This document shows positions 39,901 through 49,216 of a stretch of 64,000 nt of DNA, in pieces. How positions within the stretch are numbered: position 1 is the first letter of the stretch; each line of letters begins with the position of its first letter. The position numbers and the translations under genes were made by a program. Below the pieces are notes generated by a model that was not told where the DNA came from, ran no database searches, and worked only from the letters and a program-made list of their open reading frames with translations. This stretch comes from Clostridia bacterium (GTDB taxonomy: Bacteria; CBDUZB01; JAGLHV01), in assembly GCA_030637025.1 (NCBI GenBank), contig DAOVVV010000005.1, forward strand, positions 1-64,000, written 5' to 3'.

Positions 39901-40339
39901 GCTTTATGAATACGGGGACGGATGGAGGAGATTTGGGGAAGGTTTTGAATTAGAAAAATCTATTATAGCTTATAGGAACGCAGTAATGATTGACCCTGAA
40001 TCGGTGAAAGCACACTTGAATTTAGGCACGCTTTATTTAATAAAAGGAGAAGCGGATAATGCTTTGAATCAATTTAAGGAAGCAGATGAATTAGATTCTA
40101 AATACGGGAAGAAACATTTTTATTTTGATAAAATAAAAAGGAGAGATTTATACGAAAATAAAGAGGCATACCTGGAAGCAATAAAAATGAATACACTCTC
40201 CGGTCGACATCATTATGTCTTGGGACTGGCTTATTTAGTAAAAGGGAATACAAAAAAAACGAAACAACATTTTAATAAGGTAAAGGAATTTGGTTATAAA
40301 ATTGATGCAAAATTAAAAAAATATTTTAAGGATAAATAA
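36986..40339 (+). CDS. Signal peptide + two kinase-like domains + TPR, array gene 2
   Basis: Domain 1: VGGNTEKY/WIFK/YGSLQ/DWLIYNGE/PIDRD. Domain 2: LGGSTQKY/WLFK/YGAIQ/DWLVFNSD/AIDKD. ATG 36986 follows GGGAG; the ORF track starts at 36953. Confidence 0.82.
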   Translation: MRIKEKCFLIVFIIATLVFFNFPVSAKSLKADIVRVFDENRKLDARIVKEMNFKLAKEQDVGGNTEKYLLEGKDGNKWIFKIYRTPSTVKSSRVVYRLSTFFGIKTPPVYEIELLINTKPEYGSLQKMLQDVKVWKSSFLANISPGQIISFQKQQVLDWLIYNGEVESEEFLLDTKTGEIIPIDRDEVFCTERYEKVKLPGKDPDMFWYNKFFKNLYRNNREIDCTAVFEMIDYIQSTEDKLIKNIFEEIFEKGADYFWRRFLVKKNNLRSDFEKFYQELSFTTEKNILIPPRTVNNSYVKTVLENMKKEILDKNKSLGWIKLNSIKRQENIEVISSKRSWHLIYYNLKYVPEYELLSRAEEINKKLEKLKNETGDVYEKCAINLYINQIEKIKKLYEGKNIDKQEASFKRITIHPLSDKLFDLGYKEVSLSQPQAGNKCKYDKKRLMNELICNFKEIRKLDKQIIKKLRFELCENQYLGGSTQKYLFKSNSGDLWLFKTYSSPKKVKISRTIYLLSQLLGVSTPVVYEISLPVNGKLCYGAIQKFIAGGIQIVKAMIEKLSDEQINEVQNHWVFDWLVFNSDPSPEHFLLEPKTKEIIAIDKDSSLYDMKLIFPDKNPWKKAHYSKFRKAYINNKINIDFEETFNFIDYIQSIEKSELREILLPVLEKDELIDKFFLRRANLKSHFEKLYYELSVLRGEQFQMAGNSNKSLHLISVLEKIKNIVLEKRQLLENLKSQKKTKQSNIIALSSSQTWSMVSKFNGSLRRLFSLNVKKSLDKLEYLESEALNIYEKLAINLYIEEIRRISTERDIENFLQRKIKMISMHPGQITDKKILNREYIFRVTYGKSKKSPEVYKRKLEADSTDVLSHFEYIQYPVRGNDKGGVSILKEYEKWVEKDPENLMYKLFYGIVSNDLNYLKRMEDNLNLKYLGMALIQSFAKDRDEIVKYCNKAIILNKGGYIAYWSYMLLGLLYEYGDGWRRFGEGFELEKSIIAYRNAVMIDPESVKAHLNLGTLYLIKGEADNALNQFKEADELDSKYGKKHFYFDKIKRRDLYENKEAYLEAIKMNTLSGRHHYVLGLAYLVKGNTKKTKQHFNKVKEFGYKIDAKLKKYFKDK

Positions 40340-40349
40340 ATCAATTTAA

Positions 40350-40443
40350 TTCAATGAGGCTTAGAGCTTTTTCAGCTATACTGATAAAACTCTGTAGTCG
40401 AATTTATCCTGAGCACTTTGCTTTGTTCAGCGGAGTCGAATGG
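40350..40443. repeat. Palindromic intergenic repeat, family B (partial, degenerate)
   Basis: TTCAATGAGGCTTAGAG..CAG..CTG..AAAACTCTGTAGTCGAATTTATCCTGAG matches 58205-58270, followed by AGCGGAGTCGAATGG. Confidence 0.7.
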
Positions 40444-40462
40444 TTTAGGAATGGGGAAAGTT

Positions 40463-42550
40463 ATGGTTTTTAAGTTAAAAAAACGTATTAGGAAAAGATA
40501 TTTTTTATTTGGCTTATGTATGGTTTCATTTATTTTGCCGGTAAATGCAAAACCGGTAATGAAAGAGATTTTCCAAAGCTTTAAAGAAAGTCAAAAGTTA
40601 GATAAAAAAATTCTAAAAAAATTACGATTTGAATTAAGTGAAAATCAGAATTTAGGAGGAAGTACTCAAAAGTATTTATTGAGAAGCGGTAATAATGATT
40701 TATGGCTATTTAAAGTATATCCGGATTCAAAAAATAAAAGAATGAAAGTCTCCAGATGTGTTTATCTTCTGGCACAATTATCAGGTGTTTCGACACCGGA
40801 AGTTTACGAAATTAATTTACCGGTTAATGGAAAATTATACAATGGAGCAATTCAAAAATTTATTTCCGGAGGCAAAGAACTTTCGGGTGTTAAAATTGAT
40901 GAATTGAGCAAAACACAGATTCGGAATATACAAATCCATCAAATTTTCGATTGGTGGCTTTTTAATAAAGATTCATCAGCAGAACATTTTATCATTGAGC
41001 CGAAAACGAAAGAAATTATTACAATAGATAAAGATTTATCTTTGCATAATATGCGGTTTGTTTATCCGGAGAAAGATTTCTGTAATGATACATATTATAT
41101 GAATTTTTGGAGAATGCATGTAAATAGTAAAATCAATATTGATTTTAAAGAAGTTTTTAATCTTATTGAACACATTCAAAGTATAGAGAATAATGAACTA
41201 AGAAAAATACTTTTACCGGTACTGGATAAAGATGAATTAATGGATAAGTTTTTTTTACGGAAAAAGAATCTAAGAAGCCATTTTGAAAAGTTTTATAGAA
41301 ATCTGTCAATGCTGAGAGGAGAGCAATTTTTTGAGATGGGCAAGGTAGATAAAAAAGCGTATTCAGAATCGGTTTTGAAAAAAATAAAAAATATTGTTTT
41401 GGAAAAAAGACAAATACTTGGAAATTTGAAAGGTAAAAAGGCAAAACAAAATAATATTATAGCGGTTTCGTCAAAAGATGCGTGGGGTATAATAAATGAA
41501 TTAAATTGTTTTTATAAGGCAGAATATTTATTTCATATTAAAAAAGTAATAGAAAAGCTACAACGTTTGGAAAGGGGCGATGTAAATGGTTATGAAAAGT
41601 TAGCGATAAATTTATATATTGAAGAGGTTAGAAGAACATATATAAAGCAGGATATAGAAAGTTTTCCTGCAAGAAAAGAAATTATATTGATTACATTAAA
41701 TCCGAATCAGATAAATGACAGGAAAATATTTGATTTAGAATATAATTTTAGAGCAATATACAGGGAAAAGAAAAAACCGCTGTCAGAATATAAAAAGAAG
41801 TTTGTAGAGAATCATGAAAATATTTTCCTACATTTAGATAGTGTTTTGCATTCTGTCAGGAGAAATGACCGGGCAGGAGAACCACTTTTAAAAGAGTATA
41901 AAAAATACACGGAAAATGACCCGGTGCAGTTAACACATGAAGTTTTATATGGGATACTATTAAGAGATTTGAATTATCTTGAAAAAATAAATGATAACAC
42001 CGGTTTGAAATATTTAGGAATGTCATTAGTCTGGAGTTTTGAAAATGAAAAGGATGAAATAGTTAAAAATTGCAATAAGGCAATCAGCCGAAATAAAAAT
42101 AATTTTATTGCCTATAAAAGCTATATGTTATTGGGATTGATTTACGAGTACAATAACCAGGGGAAAAGATTTGGAGAGGGGTTCCGGATAGAAAAATCTA
42201 TTGTAGCTTATAAAAAAGCAGTAAAGATTAATCGGGAATCGGTTAAAGCACATTTAAATTTAGGAATTCTCTATCTAATAAAAGAAGAACCGGATAAAGC
42301 TTTGCATCAATTTAAGAAAGCGGATAAATTAGATTCTGAATACGGTGAGAAACATTTTCATTTTGACCAAATAAAAAGGAAAGATTTATACGGGAATAAG
42401 AAAGAATACCTGGAAGCAATAAAAATGAATACGCTTTCCGGAAGACATCATTATGTGTTAGGCCTGGCTTATTTGGTAAAAGGGGACAAAAACTCTGCAC
42501 AAAAACATTTTGAAAAGGCCGGTGAATTTGGATATAAAAAAGGAAGTTAA
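40463..42550 (+). CDS. Kinase-like + TPR protein, array gene 3
   Basis: Signal ..ILPVNA; LGGSTQKYL, WLFK, GAIQKFI, DWWLFNKDSSAEHF, TIDKD. The ORF-track TTG at 40418 lies inside the repeat; ATG 40451 or 40463 is more likely. Confidence 0.82.
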   Translation: MVFKLKKRIRKRYFLFGLCMVSFILPVNAKPVMKEIFQSFKESQKLDKKILKKLRFELSENQNLGGSTQKYLLRSGNNDLWLFKVYPDSKNKRMKVSRCVYLLAQLSGVSTPEVYEINLPVNGKLYNGAIQKFISGGKELSGVKIDELSKTQIRNIQIHQIFDWWLFNKDSSAEHFIIEPKTKEIITIDKDLSLHNMRFVYPEKDFCNDTYYMNFWRMHVNSKINIDFKEVFNLIEHIQSIENNELRKILLPVLDKDELMDKFFLRKKNLRSHFEKFYRNLSMLRGEQFFEMGKVDKKAYSESVLKKIKNIVLEKRQILGNLKGKKAKQNNIIAVSSKDAWGIINELNCFYKAEYLFHIKKVIEKLQRLERGDVNGYEKLAINLYIEEVRRTYIKQDIESFPARKEIILITLNPNQINDRKIFDLEYNFRAIYREKKKPLSEYKKKFVENHENIFLHLDSVLHSVRRNDRAGEPLLKEYKKYTENDPVQLTHEVLYGILLRDLNYLEKINDNTGLKYLGMSLVWSFENEKDEIVKNCNKAISRNKNNFIAYKSYMLLGLIYEYNNQGKRFGEGFRIEKSIVAYKKAVKINRESVKAHLNLGILYLIKEEPDKALHQFKKADKLDSEYGEKHFHFDQIKRKDLYGNKKEYLEAIKMNTLSGRHHYVLGLAYLVKGDKNSAQKHFEKAGEFGYKKGS

Positions 42551-42551
42551 A

Positions 42552-44756
42552 GTGAAAGATATTAAAATAAGGAATGTATCTGCCAAAGAGCAATTGTTTA
42601 TAAAAAGGAAACGCTTTCCGTTTGGTTTTTTTATGGCGGTATATTTAATCGGAAGTTGTTTTATTGTCCGACCATGTGCAGGTTCGATTATTAAAAAGAT
42701 TATTAAATTGGAACGGGAAAATCAAAAGTTAAACGAAAAGATTATTGCCGGATTGAGATTTGAATTGAGCGAAGAAAGAAGATTTGATAAAGGAGAAACT
42801 TGTAAATATTTACTAAAAGATAAAGATACTGATGATTTGTGGTTATTTAAAATATATAAATCTTCATTTCCGGCAAATGCAACAATCGCAACATATAGAT
42901 TATCTCAATTATTAGGTACGGATATGTCGGAAATTACCGGAACTCTTTTGCCTGTTAATGAAAGAATGAAATTTGGGTCGATACAGCGAATAATACCGAA
43001 GGTTAAAGAGATTAATAATATTCCTTTTAGTAAGTTATCTGCTGATCAAAAAGAGTGTATAATGAAAAATCAGGTATTGGATTGGCTTGTCTTTAATAAA
43101 GATGTAGACGAAGAAGAATTTCTTGTAAAGAAAGATACAGGTAAAATTATAGCAATTGATAGGGATGAAACTTTTTCTGTTGAGAAAGAGAGAATTTCTT
43201 TAGACGATAATACAGGGGAGGATTCTTACTATTATGAATTTTGGAAGGTTTATTTAAAAGGAGGAATTGATATTGACAATATTAATTTCAAAAAAGTATT
43301 TGAGTTTATAGATTATATTCAAAATATCAAGGATAAATATATAGTATCTATAATAAAAGGATTGTTAAAAAATTCGCTGGATTCTGTACAACTGGATTCT
43401 CTGATAAAAGCAGTAATTTTAAAAAAACATAATTTAAGATTGGATTTTGAGGCATTTTACGGAAATTTAGCAGAAACAAAAGGCTTTTTTTTACAAATAC
43501 CACCGGTAAATAAGAACAATCTGTATGCTCAAGTAGTATTAAAAAAGCTGAGGAAGACTGTTTTTGAAAAAAAAGAAAAACTTAGTCGATTAAAACATAA
43601 AGAACCGAGAAAACAGGAGAATATCGAAAGAATATCTTGCTCGGATGCCTGGTATCTGATAGAGAAGTTAAATTATGCAAAAAGGGAAGATTTTTTTTCT
43701 TTATCCACCGAAACAATTAAGAGACTCAAGGATTTAGAAGAAAAGGTATTTTCTGTTTATGAAAAATTTGTGATATGTTTATATATTGAAGAAATTAGAA
43801 ATCTCCAGTCTAAAAATGGTATAGAAAATTTTGTTCATCAACAAATAGAACAAATTATTTTATATTCCGACCGGTTAACAAATAGTAAAATATTAAGTAT
43901 TGAATGCCGGTTAAGAACGGTTTATATGAAAAGCCTTAAAAAATTTAGTGAGTTTAGAAAAATTATTGATGAAAGCCCATTAAATTTTATACGGCATCTG
44001 GACTATTTTAAATATTGCTTAGGATTTGGAGAAACCAGGGAAGAAGATTTAATTTTAAAAGAATATAGAGAATGGATAAAAAAAAATCCGGAGGATTTAA
44101 CATATAAAGTTTTATACGGAATATTAGTAAGAGATTTAGACTATCTTGAAAAAATAAAGGATGATATTGGTTTGAAATATTTAGGAATGGCATTAGTCTG
44201 GAGTTTTGAATATGAAAGGGACAAAATAATTAAATGTTGTAATAAATCAGTTAGTTTAAATAAAGATAACTTTGTTGCCTATGAAAGCTATATGTTATTG
44301 GGTCTGATTTATGAATACAACAGGCAATGGAAAAGATTTGGAGAAGGATTTCAAGTTCAAAAATCTATTATGGCTTATAAGAAAGCAGTGATAATTAACC
44401 CGGGTTCGGTAAAAGCACAGTTGAAGATGGGTATTCTTTATTTATTAATGGAAAAACCGGATAAAGCTTTAGGTAAATTTAAAATAGTAAACAAATTAAA
44501 TCCTGAATATGGAAAAGGACATTTTCATTTTAATAAAATAAAAGAAAAAAAATTATATAAGGACAAAGGAGAATATTTAGATGCAATAAGAATGGATACT
44601 CTAAACGGAAGATATCATTATATAATTGGATTGGCGTATTTAATAAAGAAAGACATGAAATCAGCACAGAAGCATTTTAATAAAGCTTGTGAATTTGGAT
44701 ATGAAATAGATGAGAGGGAAAAAAGATGGTTATTAAATCCGGCCACCGGGGAATAA
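42552..44756 (+). CDS. Kinase-like + TPR protein, array gene 4
   Basis: GETCKYL, WLFK, FGSIQ, DWLVFNKDVDEEEFL, AIDRD. GTG 42552 follows AAGGAAG; the ORF track starts at 42510. Confidence 0.82.
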   Translation: MKDIKIRNVSAKEQLFIKRKRFPFGFFMAVYLIGSCFIVRPCAGSIIKKIIKLERENQKLNEKIIAGLRFELSEERRFDKGETCKYLLKDKDTDDLWLFKIYKSSFPANATIATYRLSQLLGTDMSEITGTLLPVNERMKFGSIQRIIPKVKEINNIPFSKLSADQKECIMKNQVLDWLVFNKDVDEEEFLVKKDTGKIIAIDRDETFSVEKERISLDDNTGEDSYYYEFWKVYLKGGIDIDNINFKKVFEFIDYIQNIKDKYIVSIIKGLLKNSLDSVQLDSLIKAVILKKHNLRLDFEAFYGNLAETKGFFLQIPPVNKNNLYAQVVLKKLRKTVFEKKEKLSRLKHKEPRKQENIERISCSDAWYLIEKLNYAKREDFFSLSTETIKRLKDLEEKVFSVYEKFVICLYIEEIRNLQSKNGIENFVHQQIEQIILYSDRLTNSKILSIECRLRTVYMKSLKKFSEFRKIIDESPLNFIRHLDYFKYCLGFGETREEDLILKEYREWIKKNPEDLTYKVLYGILVRDLDYLEKIKDDIGLKYLGMALVWSFEYERDKIIKCCNKSVSLNKDNFVAYESYMLLGLIYEYNRQWKRFGEGFQVQKSIMAYKKAVIINPGSVKAQLKMGILYLLMEKPDKALGKFKIVNKLNPEYGKGHFHFNKIKEKKLYKDKGEYLDAIRMDTLNGRYHYIIGLAYLIKKDMKSAQKHFNKACEFGYEIDEREKRWLLNPATGE

Positions 44757-46846
44757 AATTACTTTTTTTAATTTACATGTTTATATTCCGTCTCGATTTT
44801 AGAGCAGAAACAAGAGATTTAATCGGCGAAATTACAAAATTAGCCAAACAAGAACAGGCGTTAAATAAGAAACTAATTAAAATGACGGTTTTTGAATTAG
44901 CGGAAACACAAAAAACAGTAGCTGGGAATAATGAAAAATATTTACTCAAAGATACCTGGAATAATTTGTGGTTGTTTAAACCGGATGGTCGGCGGCCGGT
45001 GAAAAATGCTGAAATGGTTTCGAATCTTGGTCAATTATTAGGTGTTGGTGTTCCTGTCCTTGAAGAACTTACTTTACCTATTAATGGGAGGGAAGTTTTT
45101 GGCTCAATTCAAAAAATAGGTTTTTATAATAGATTAGGCAATGAAAAAACCTTTATTAAAGAAATGTCTTCCGCAGAAATTTTATCCCTTCAAAAGCTGC
45201 AGGTTTTTGATTGGCTTATTGTGATGCGTCCGGGAGAAATGGATGAGCACTGTTTTATCAGTTCAAAAACCGGCGATGGAATTTTGGCTATTGACCGGGA
45301 TGATGGGTTTGTGAATCCTAAACACGGAAGAATATTAAAAATGGAAGAAACTGATTGGAAGAGGTCTCTTTATGCCTGCTTTTGGGATGCCTATCTTGCC
45401 GGAGAAATTGATGTTAATTTTAAAGATGTTTTTGAATTAATAAGTTATATTCAACATCTCGGAGACGAAGAATTTAAGGAGAGATTGTTTTTTATAGAAC
45501 CGGAACATAAGGAGGAAATTTTAGAGGAAATACTTTGGAGGAAAGCTAATTTAAAAAAAGAATTCAAAAAATTTTATCATGATTTAGCTGAAAAAAGGGG
45601 AGAATTATTAGTTATTTTCCCGAACGAAGATTATAAAAATTATGCAGCTAATCTTATAAAAAAAATGCAAGAACGAATTTCAAATAAAAAAACGGAATAT
45701 AAATCACTAACAGAAAAACAAGGAGAAACGCAGGGAAACATAGAGATTATTTCAGCAATAAAAATTTGGGAATGGATTTGTCAATGGAATGAAGAATGGA
45801 ATGAATTAAAAACCCCGCAGGAAATTATTGAAAAAGCACAGGCAATGAAAAAAAATTGCTCATTTATTGGTGAACAATTGGCGATAGCGTTATATATCAG
45901 GCAATTGAAAACTAAACAAAAACTAAATATTTACAGGATTATTAAACATCCTAAAAAACTAAATCCCATACGATTAGAATATAATCTTAGACGGAACAGT
46001 TATAGTGTTTTTTTTAATAATAATGACAGAAAAATGACAATTTTCAAAAAGAATGGGAGTATTCTTGCCCATCTTAGATATATAGACAGCATGAAAATGG
46101 AAAACAGAAATACGGAATTAATAGCTGAATATAGAGAAAAATTAAATGCAAATTCAAACAAAAAAACTTATTTATTTTTATCTGCAATGTCTCAAGCCGA
46201 GTATGCTTTCAACGGGATATTAAATAAGCTGGTTATTACAAACACTAATAAAGTAAAGACTTTTTTAAAAAAATTAGATGATAAATTTTCATGGAAATAC
46301 TATGGATTTGCACTTTGTTACTATGGGAAAGGTTATATTAAGAAAGGAATAAAAAAATGTGAAAAAGTGATTAATTTGAATAATGATAAAGAAGCAGTTT
46401 ATGCCGCACATATGTTGCTTGGGGTTTTTTATGAGCATAACAGTGAAAATATTAGATTCGGGAAAGGGTTTAATATAGAAAAAGCAATTGCAAATTATAA
46501 AAAAGCTCTTAAAAATAATAGTAATTCTATAGAAGCACATTTAAATCTTAGTAATCTTTATTTAATTAAAGAATTACCAAAAGAAGCATTAAAAAAATTC
46601 AAAAAAGTAATAAAATTAGATCCTCAATTTGCAAAGGAATATTTACACCTTGAAAATATAAAAGGGGAAAATACTTATGAAAATAAGGAAAAATATTTGG
46701 ATGCAATAAGGGACAATACTCTTAGCGGCGAAGAACATTATATTTTAGGTTTAGCTTATGCGACAAAAGGCCGGCTTGGGTTAGCAGAAAAACATTTTAG
46801 TAAAGCACGGGAATTTGGATACGAGGTGGATGTAAAATTAAACTGA
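44726..46846 (+). CDS. Kinase-like + TPR protein, array gene 5 (degenerate catalytic loop)
   Basis: AGNNEKYL, WLFKP, FGSIQ, DWLIVMRPGEMDEHCF (no NxD), AIDRD, DNTLSGEEHY. Confidence 0.8.
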   Translation: MVIKSGHRGIKLLFLIYMFIFRLDFRAETRDLIGEITKLAKQEQALNKKLIKMTVFELAETQKTVAGNNEKYLLKDTWNNLWLFKPDGRRPVKNAEMVSNLGQLLGVGVPVLEELTLPINGREVFGSIQKIGFYNRLGNEKTFIKEMSSAEILSLQKLQVFDWLIVMRPGEMDEHCFISSKTGDGILAIDRDDGFVNPKHGRILKMEETDWKRSLYACFWDAYLAGEIDVNFKDVFELISYIQHLGDEEFKERLFFIEPEHKEEILEEILWRKANLKKEFKKFYHDLAEKRGELLVIFPNEDYKNYAANLIKKMQERISNKKTEYKSLTEKQGETQGNIEIISAIKIWEWICQWNEEWNELKTPQEIIEKAQAMKKNCSFIGEQLAIALYIRQLKTKQKLNIYRIIKHPKKLNPIRLEYNLRRNSYSVFFNNNDRKMTIFKKNGSILAHLRYIDSMKMENRNTELIAEYREKLNANSNKKTYLFLSAMSQAEYAFNGILNKLVITNTNKVKTFLKKLDDKFSWKYYGFALCYYGKGYIKKGIKKCEKVINLNNDKEAVYAAHMLLGVFYEHNSENIRFGKGFNIEKAIANYKKALKNNSNSIEAHLNLSNLYLIKELPKEALKKFKKVIKLDPQFAKEYLHLENIKGENTYENKEKYLDAIRDNTLSGEEHYILGLAYATKGRLGLAEKHFSKAREFGYEVDVKLN

Positions 46847-46915
46847 ATAATGTTCGGATAGATAAGATTAGGTTTGAATTCTTTAATGATTGTAAGGATC
46901 AACAGGGGTAAAATA

Positions 46916-49021
46916 ATGTTTAGTAAATTAGAAAGCATTAAAAAGAAATATTTTTTGTTTGCTCTGGGAATATATTTATTATTTTTTTTTATTTCAGAAG
47001 TATATGCAAATTCGTTAATGAATAATATTATTTGCCTTTTTCGGGAAAGTCAGGAACTGGACAAAAAGATTATCAAGAAAATGAGATTTGAATTATTTGA
47101 CACTTGGGTTTTGAGTGGAGATACTGAAAAATACATCTTTAAAAGTGACAATGGTGATCTATGGTTATTTAAAACTTATTCTTCCCCGGAAAGGATAAAA
47201 ATATCAAGGGCTATATATCTTTTGTCTCAATTATTAGGGATTTCTACACCCCGACTCTACGAAATCACTTTGCCTATTAATGAAAAATTTGTATATGGCT
47301 CAATTCAAAAATTTATTACTGAATGTACAGGACTCAATAAAGTGCCGTTTAATCAATTAAAGAAAAAGCAAATCAGCGGGATACAAAATTGTCAGATTCT
47401 TGACTGGCTGATTTTAGACAATGATTCTACGGCGGATCATTTTATTATTGAGCCAAAAACTAAAGAGCTTATTATAGTAGATAAAGATGATTCTTTGCGT
47501 TATGTGGTGCGTGATTCTTTAGGTGAAAATCCGTGGAATAATTCCTATTATACTAAATTTTGGAATGCATATGTAAAGGGGGTGATAGATGTTGATTTCG
47601 GGGAGACTTTTGATTTTATTGATTATATACAGAGTATAAATAATAATGAATTTGAAAAGATATTTTCAATAATTTTAAATAAAAAAAAGTTAATAAATGA
47701 ATTTTTTTACCGAAAAAAAAACTTAAAAACCGAGTTTGATAACTTTCGGCAGAAATTATTGCGAAGACGAAAAGAACAATTTCAAATATCAGCTAAGAGC
47801 AAAGAAGAAAAACATTTGAACTTAGTTTTAGGAAAACTTAAAAAAACCCTTTTAGAAAAGAGAAAGGTACTTAAAAAATTAGAATCTAAAAGGCTTACAG
47901 AACAAAAAAACGTTGTGATTGTTTCTTCGGGAGAGGCGTGGTTTGCCGTAAAAGGATTAAATTACTGTTCAAGAGAAAAGTTTTTGCCTGGTATTGAAAA
48001 AATATTAGAAAAATTAAAATCTTTAGGGGACAATACTTTAAATATTTATGAAAGCCTGGCGATAAACCTATATATGGAAGAAGTTGAAAAAATACGGAAA
48101 AAGAAAGATATAGAAAATTTCCTGCAGAATAAAATTAAACGGATTACAATATATCCCGGACAGATAACAGATCTGAAGATATTAAACATAGAATATGATC
48201 TCAGATGTGCATATGGAGAAAATATGGGATTGTTTTCCGAATATAAAAAAGAAATTGAAATAAATCCTCACAATGTGTTGTTACATTTGAATTATATTCA
48301 GCACCCTGTAGAGGATAAATTTGATGAAGAAGAGCAGGATTTTTTAAAAATTTATAAGGAAAAAGCGGAGAATAGTGAAAATGATCCGGTGAATAAATTT
48401 GTATATGGAATATTATCAAAAGATTTAGATTGGCTTGGGAAAATAACCGATAGTTTTAGTTGGAAATATTTAGGAATGGCTCTGGTATGTAGTTTGAATA
48501 GGGACAGAGAAGACGCTATCGAATTTTGCAAAGAGGCCCTTATTCGTAATAAAGGCGGATTGGTTACTTCACAGGCATATATATTGTTAGGGCTCCTTTA
48601 TGAATGTAATGACAAGTGGGAAAGATTCGGAGAAGGATTTGATAAAGAAAAATCTATAGAAGCTTATAAAAAAGCCATTGAAATTGATCCTGAATCAATA
48701 AAAGCGCACTTGAATATGGGTATTCTCTATTTAATATTTGAAAAACCGGATAAAGCTTTGAAAGAATTTAAAGAGGTGAATAAATTAGATCCTCAATATG
48801 GAAAAGAGCATTTTCACATTGAAAATATAAATAAAAAGAGCTCCTATAAAAAAAAGAAAAAATATTTAGAAGCAGTAAAAATGAATACTCTTTCCGGAAG
48901 GCATCACTATATATTGGGTTTAGCATATTTAATAAAAGAGGATAGAGATATGGCTCAAAGACACTTTAATAAAGCAAAAGAATTTGGATATAAAATAAAT
49001 GATAAACTTGAGTTAAAATAA
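46916..49021 (+). CDS. Kinase-like + TPR protein, array gene 6
   Basis: Signal ..SEVYA; LSGDTEKY, WLFK, YGSIQKFI, DWLILDNDSTADHF, IVDKD. ATG 46916 follows AGGGGT; the ORF track starts at 46874. Confidence 0.82.
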   Translation: MFSKLESIKKKYFLFALGIYLLFFFISEVYANSLMNNIICLFRESQELDKKIIKKMRFELFDTWVLSGDTEKYIFKSDNGDLWLFKTYSSPERIKISRAIYLLSQLLGISTPRLYEITLPINEKFVYGSIQKFITECTGLNKVPFNQLKKKQISGIQNCQILDWLILDNDSTADHFIIEPKTKELIIVDKDDSLRYVVRDSLGENPWNNSYYTKFWNAYVKGVIDVDFGETFDFIDYIQSINNNEFEKIFSIILNKKKLINEFFYRKKNLKTEFDNFRQKLLRRRKEQFQISAKSKEEKHLNLVLGKLKKTLLEKRKVLKKLESKRLTEQKNVVIVSSGEAWFAVKGLNYCSREKFLPGIEKILEKLKSLGDNTLNIYESLAINLYMEEVEKIRKKKDIENFLQNKIKRITIYPGQITDLKILNIEYDLRCAYGENMGLFSEYKKEIEINPHNVLLHLNYIQHPVEDKFDEEEQDFLKIYKEKAENSENDPVNKFVYGILSKDLDWLGKITDSFSWKYLGMALVCSLNRDREDAIEFCKEALIRNKGGLVTSQAYILLGLLYECNDKWERFGEGFDKEKSIEAYKKAIEIDPESIKAHLNMGILYLIFEKPDKALKEFKEVNKLDPQYGKEHFHIENINKKSSYKKKKKYLEAVKMNTLSGRHHYILGLAYLIKEDRDMAQRHFNKAKEFGYKINDKLELK

Positions 49022-49190
49022 TTCTGCGAAATAACACATTCTGCCTGTCCGTTAGTCCATAAGGCGGGTCATTCCGCTCCGCCTCAGGCGGATGATGCGG
49101 AATCTATAATGTTCTTAAACTATAAATAGATTCCTGCTTCCGCAGGAATGACAATGAAGGTAAAAAGGCTATTTTGCAGGCAGAAGGCTA
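49019..49190. mobile_element. MITE-like element, family A copy 2
   Basis: GTCATTCCGCTCCGCCTCAGGCGGATGATGCGGAATCTA..TAGATTCCTGCTTCCGCAGGAATGAC..AAGGTAAAAAGGCTATTTTGCAG is shared with 27270-27458; ends are degenerate (TTCTGCGAAATA / TATTTTGCAGGCAGAAGGCTA). Confidence 0.75.
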
Positions 49191-49216
49191 CTTATGTTAA
49201 AGTAAAGGAGGATAAC

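Noticed and set aside
49148-49216. ORF-track N-terminal extensions at 49148 and 40418
   Set aside because: These starts fall inside repeat elements; downstream starts with better RBS place the signal peptide nearer the N-terminus.
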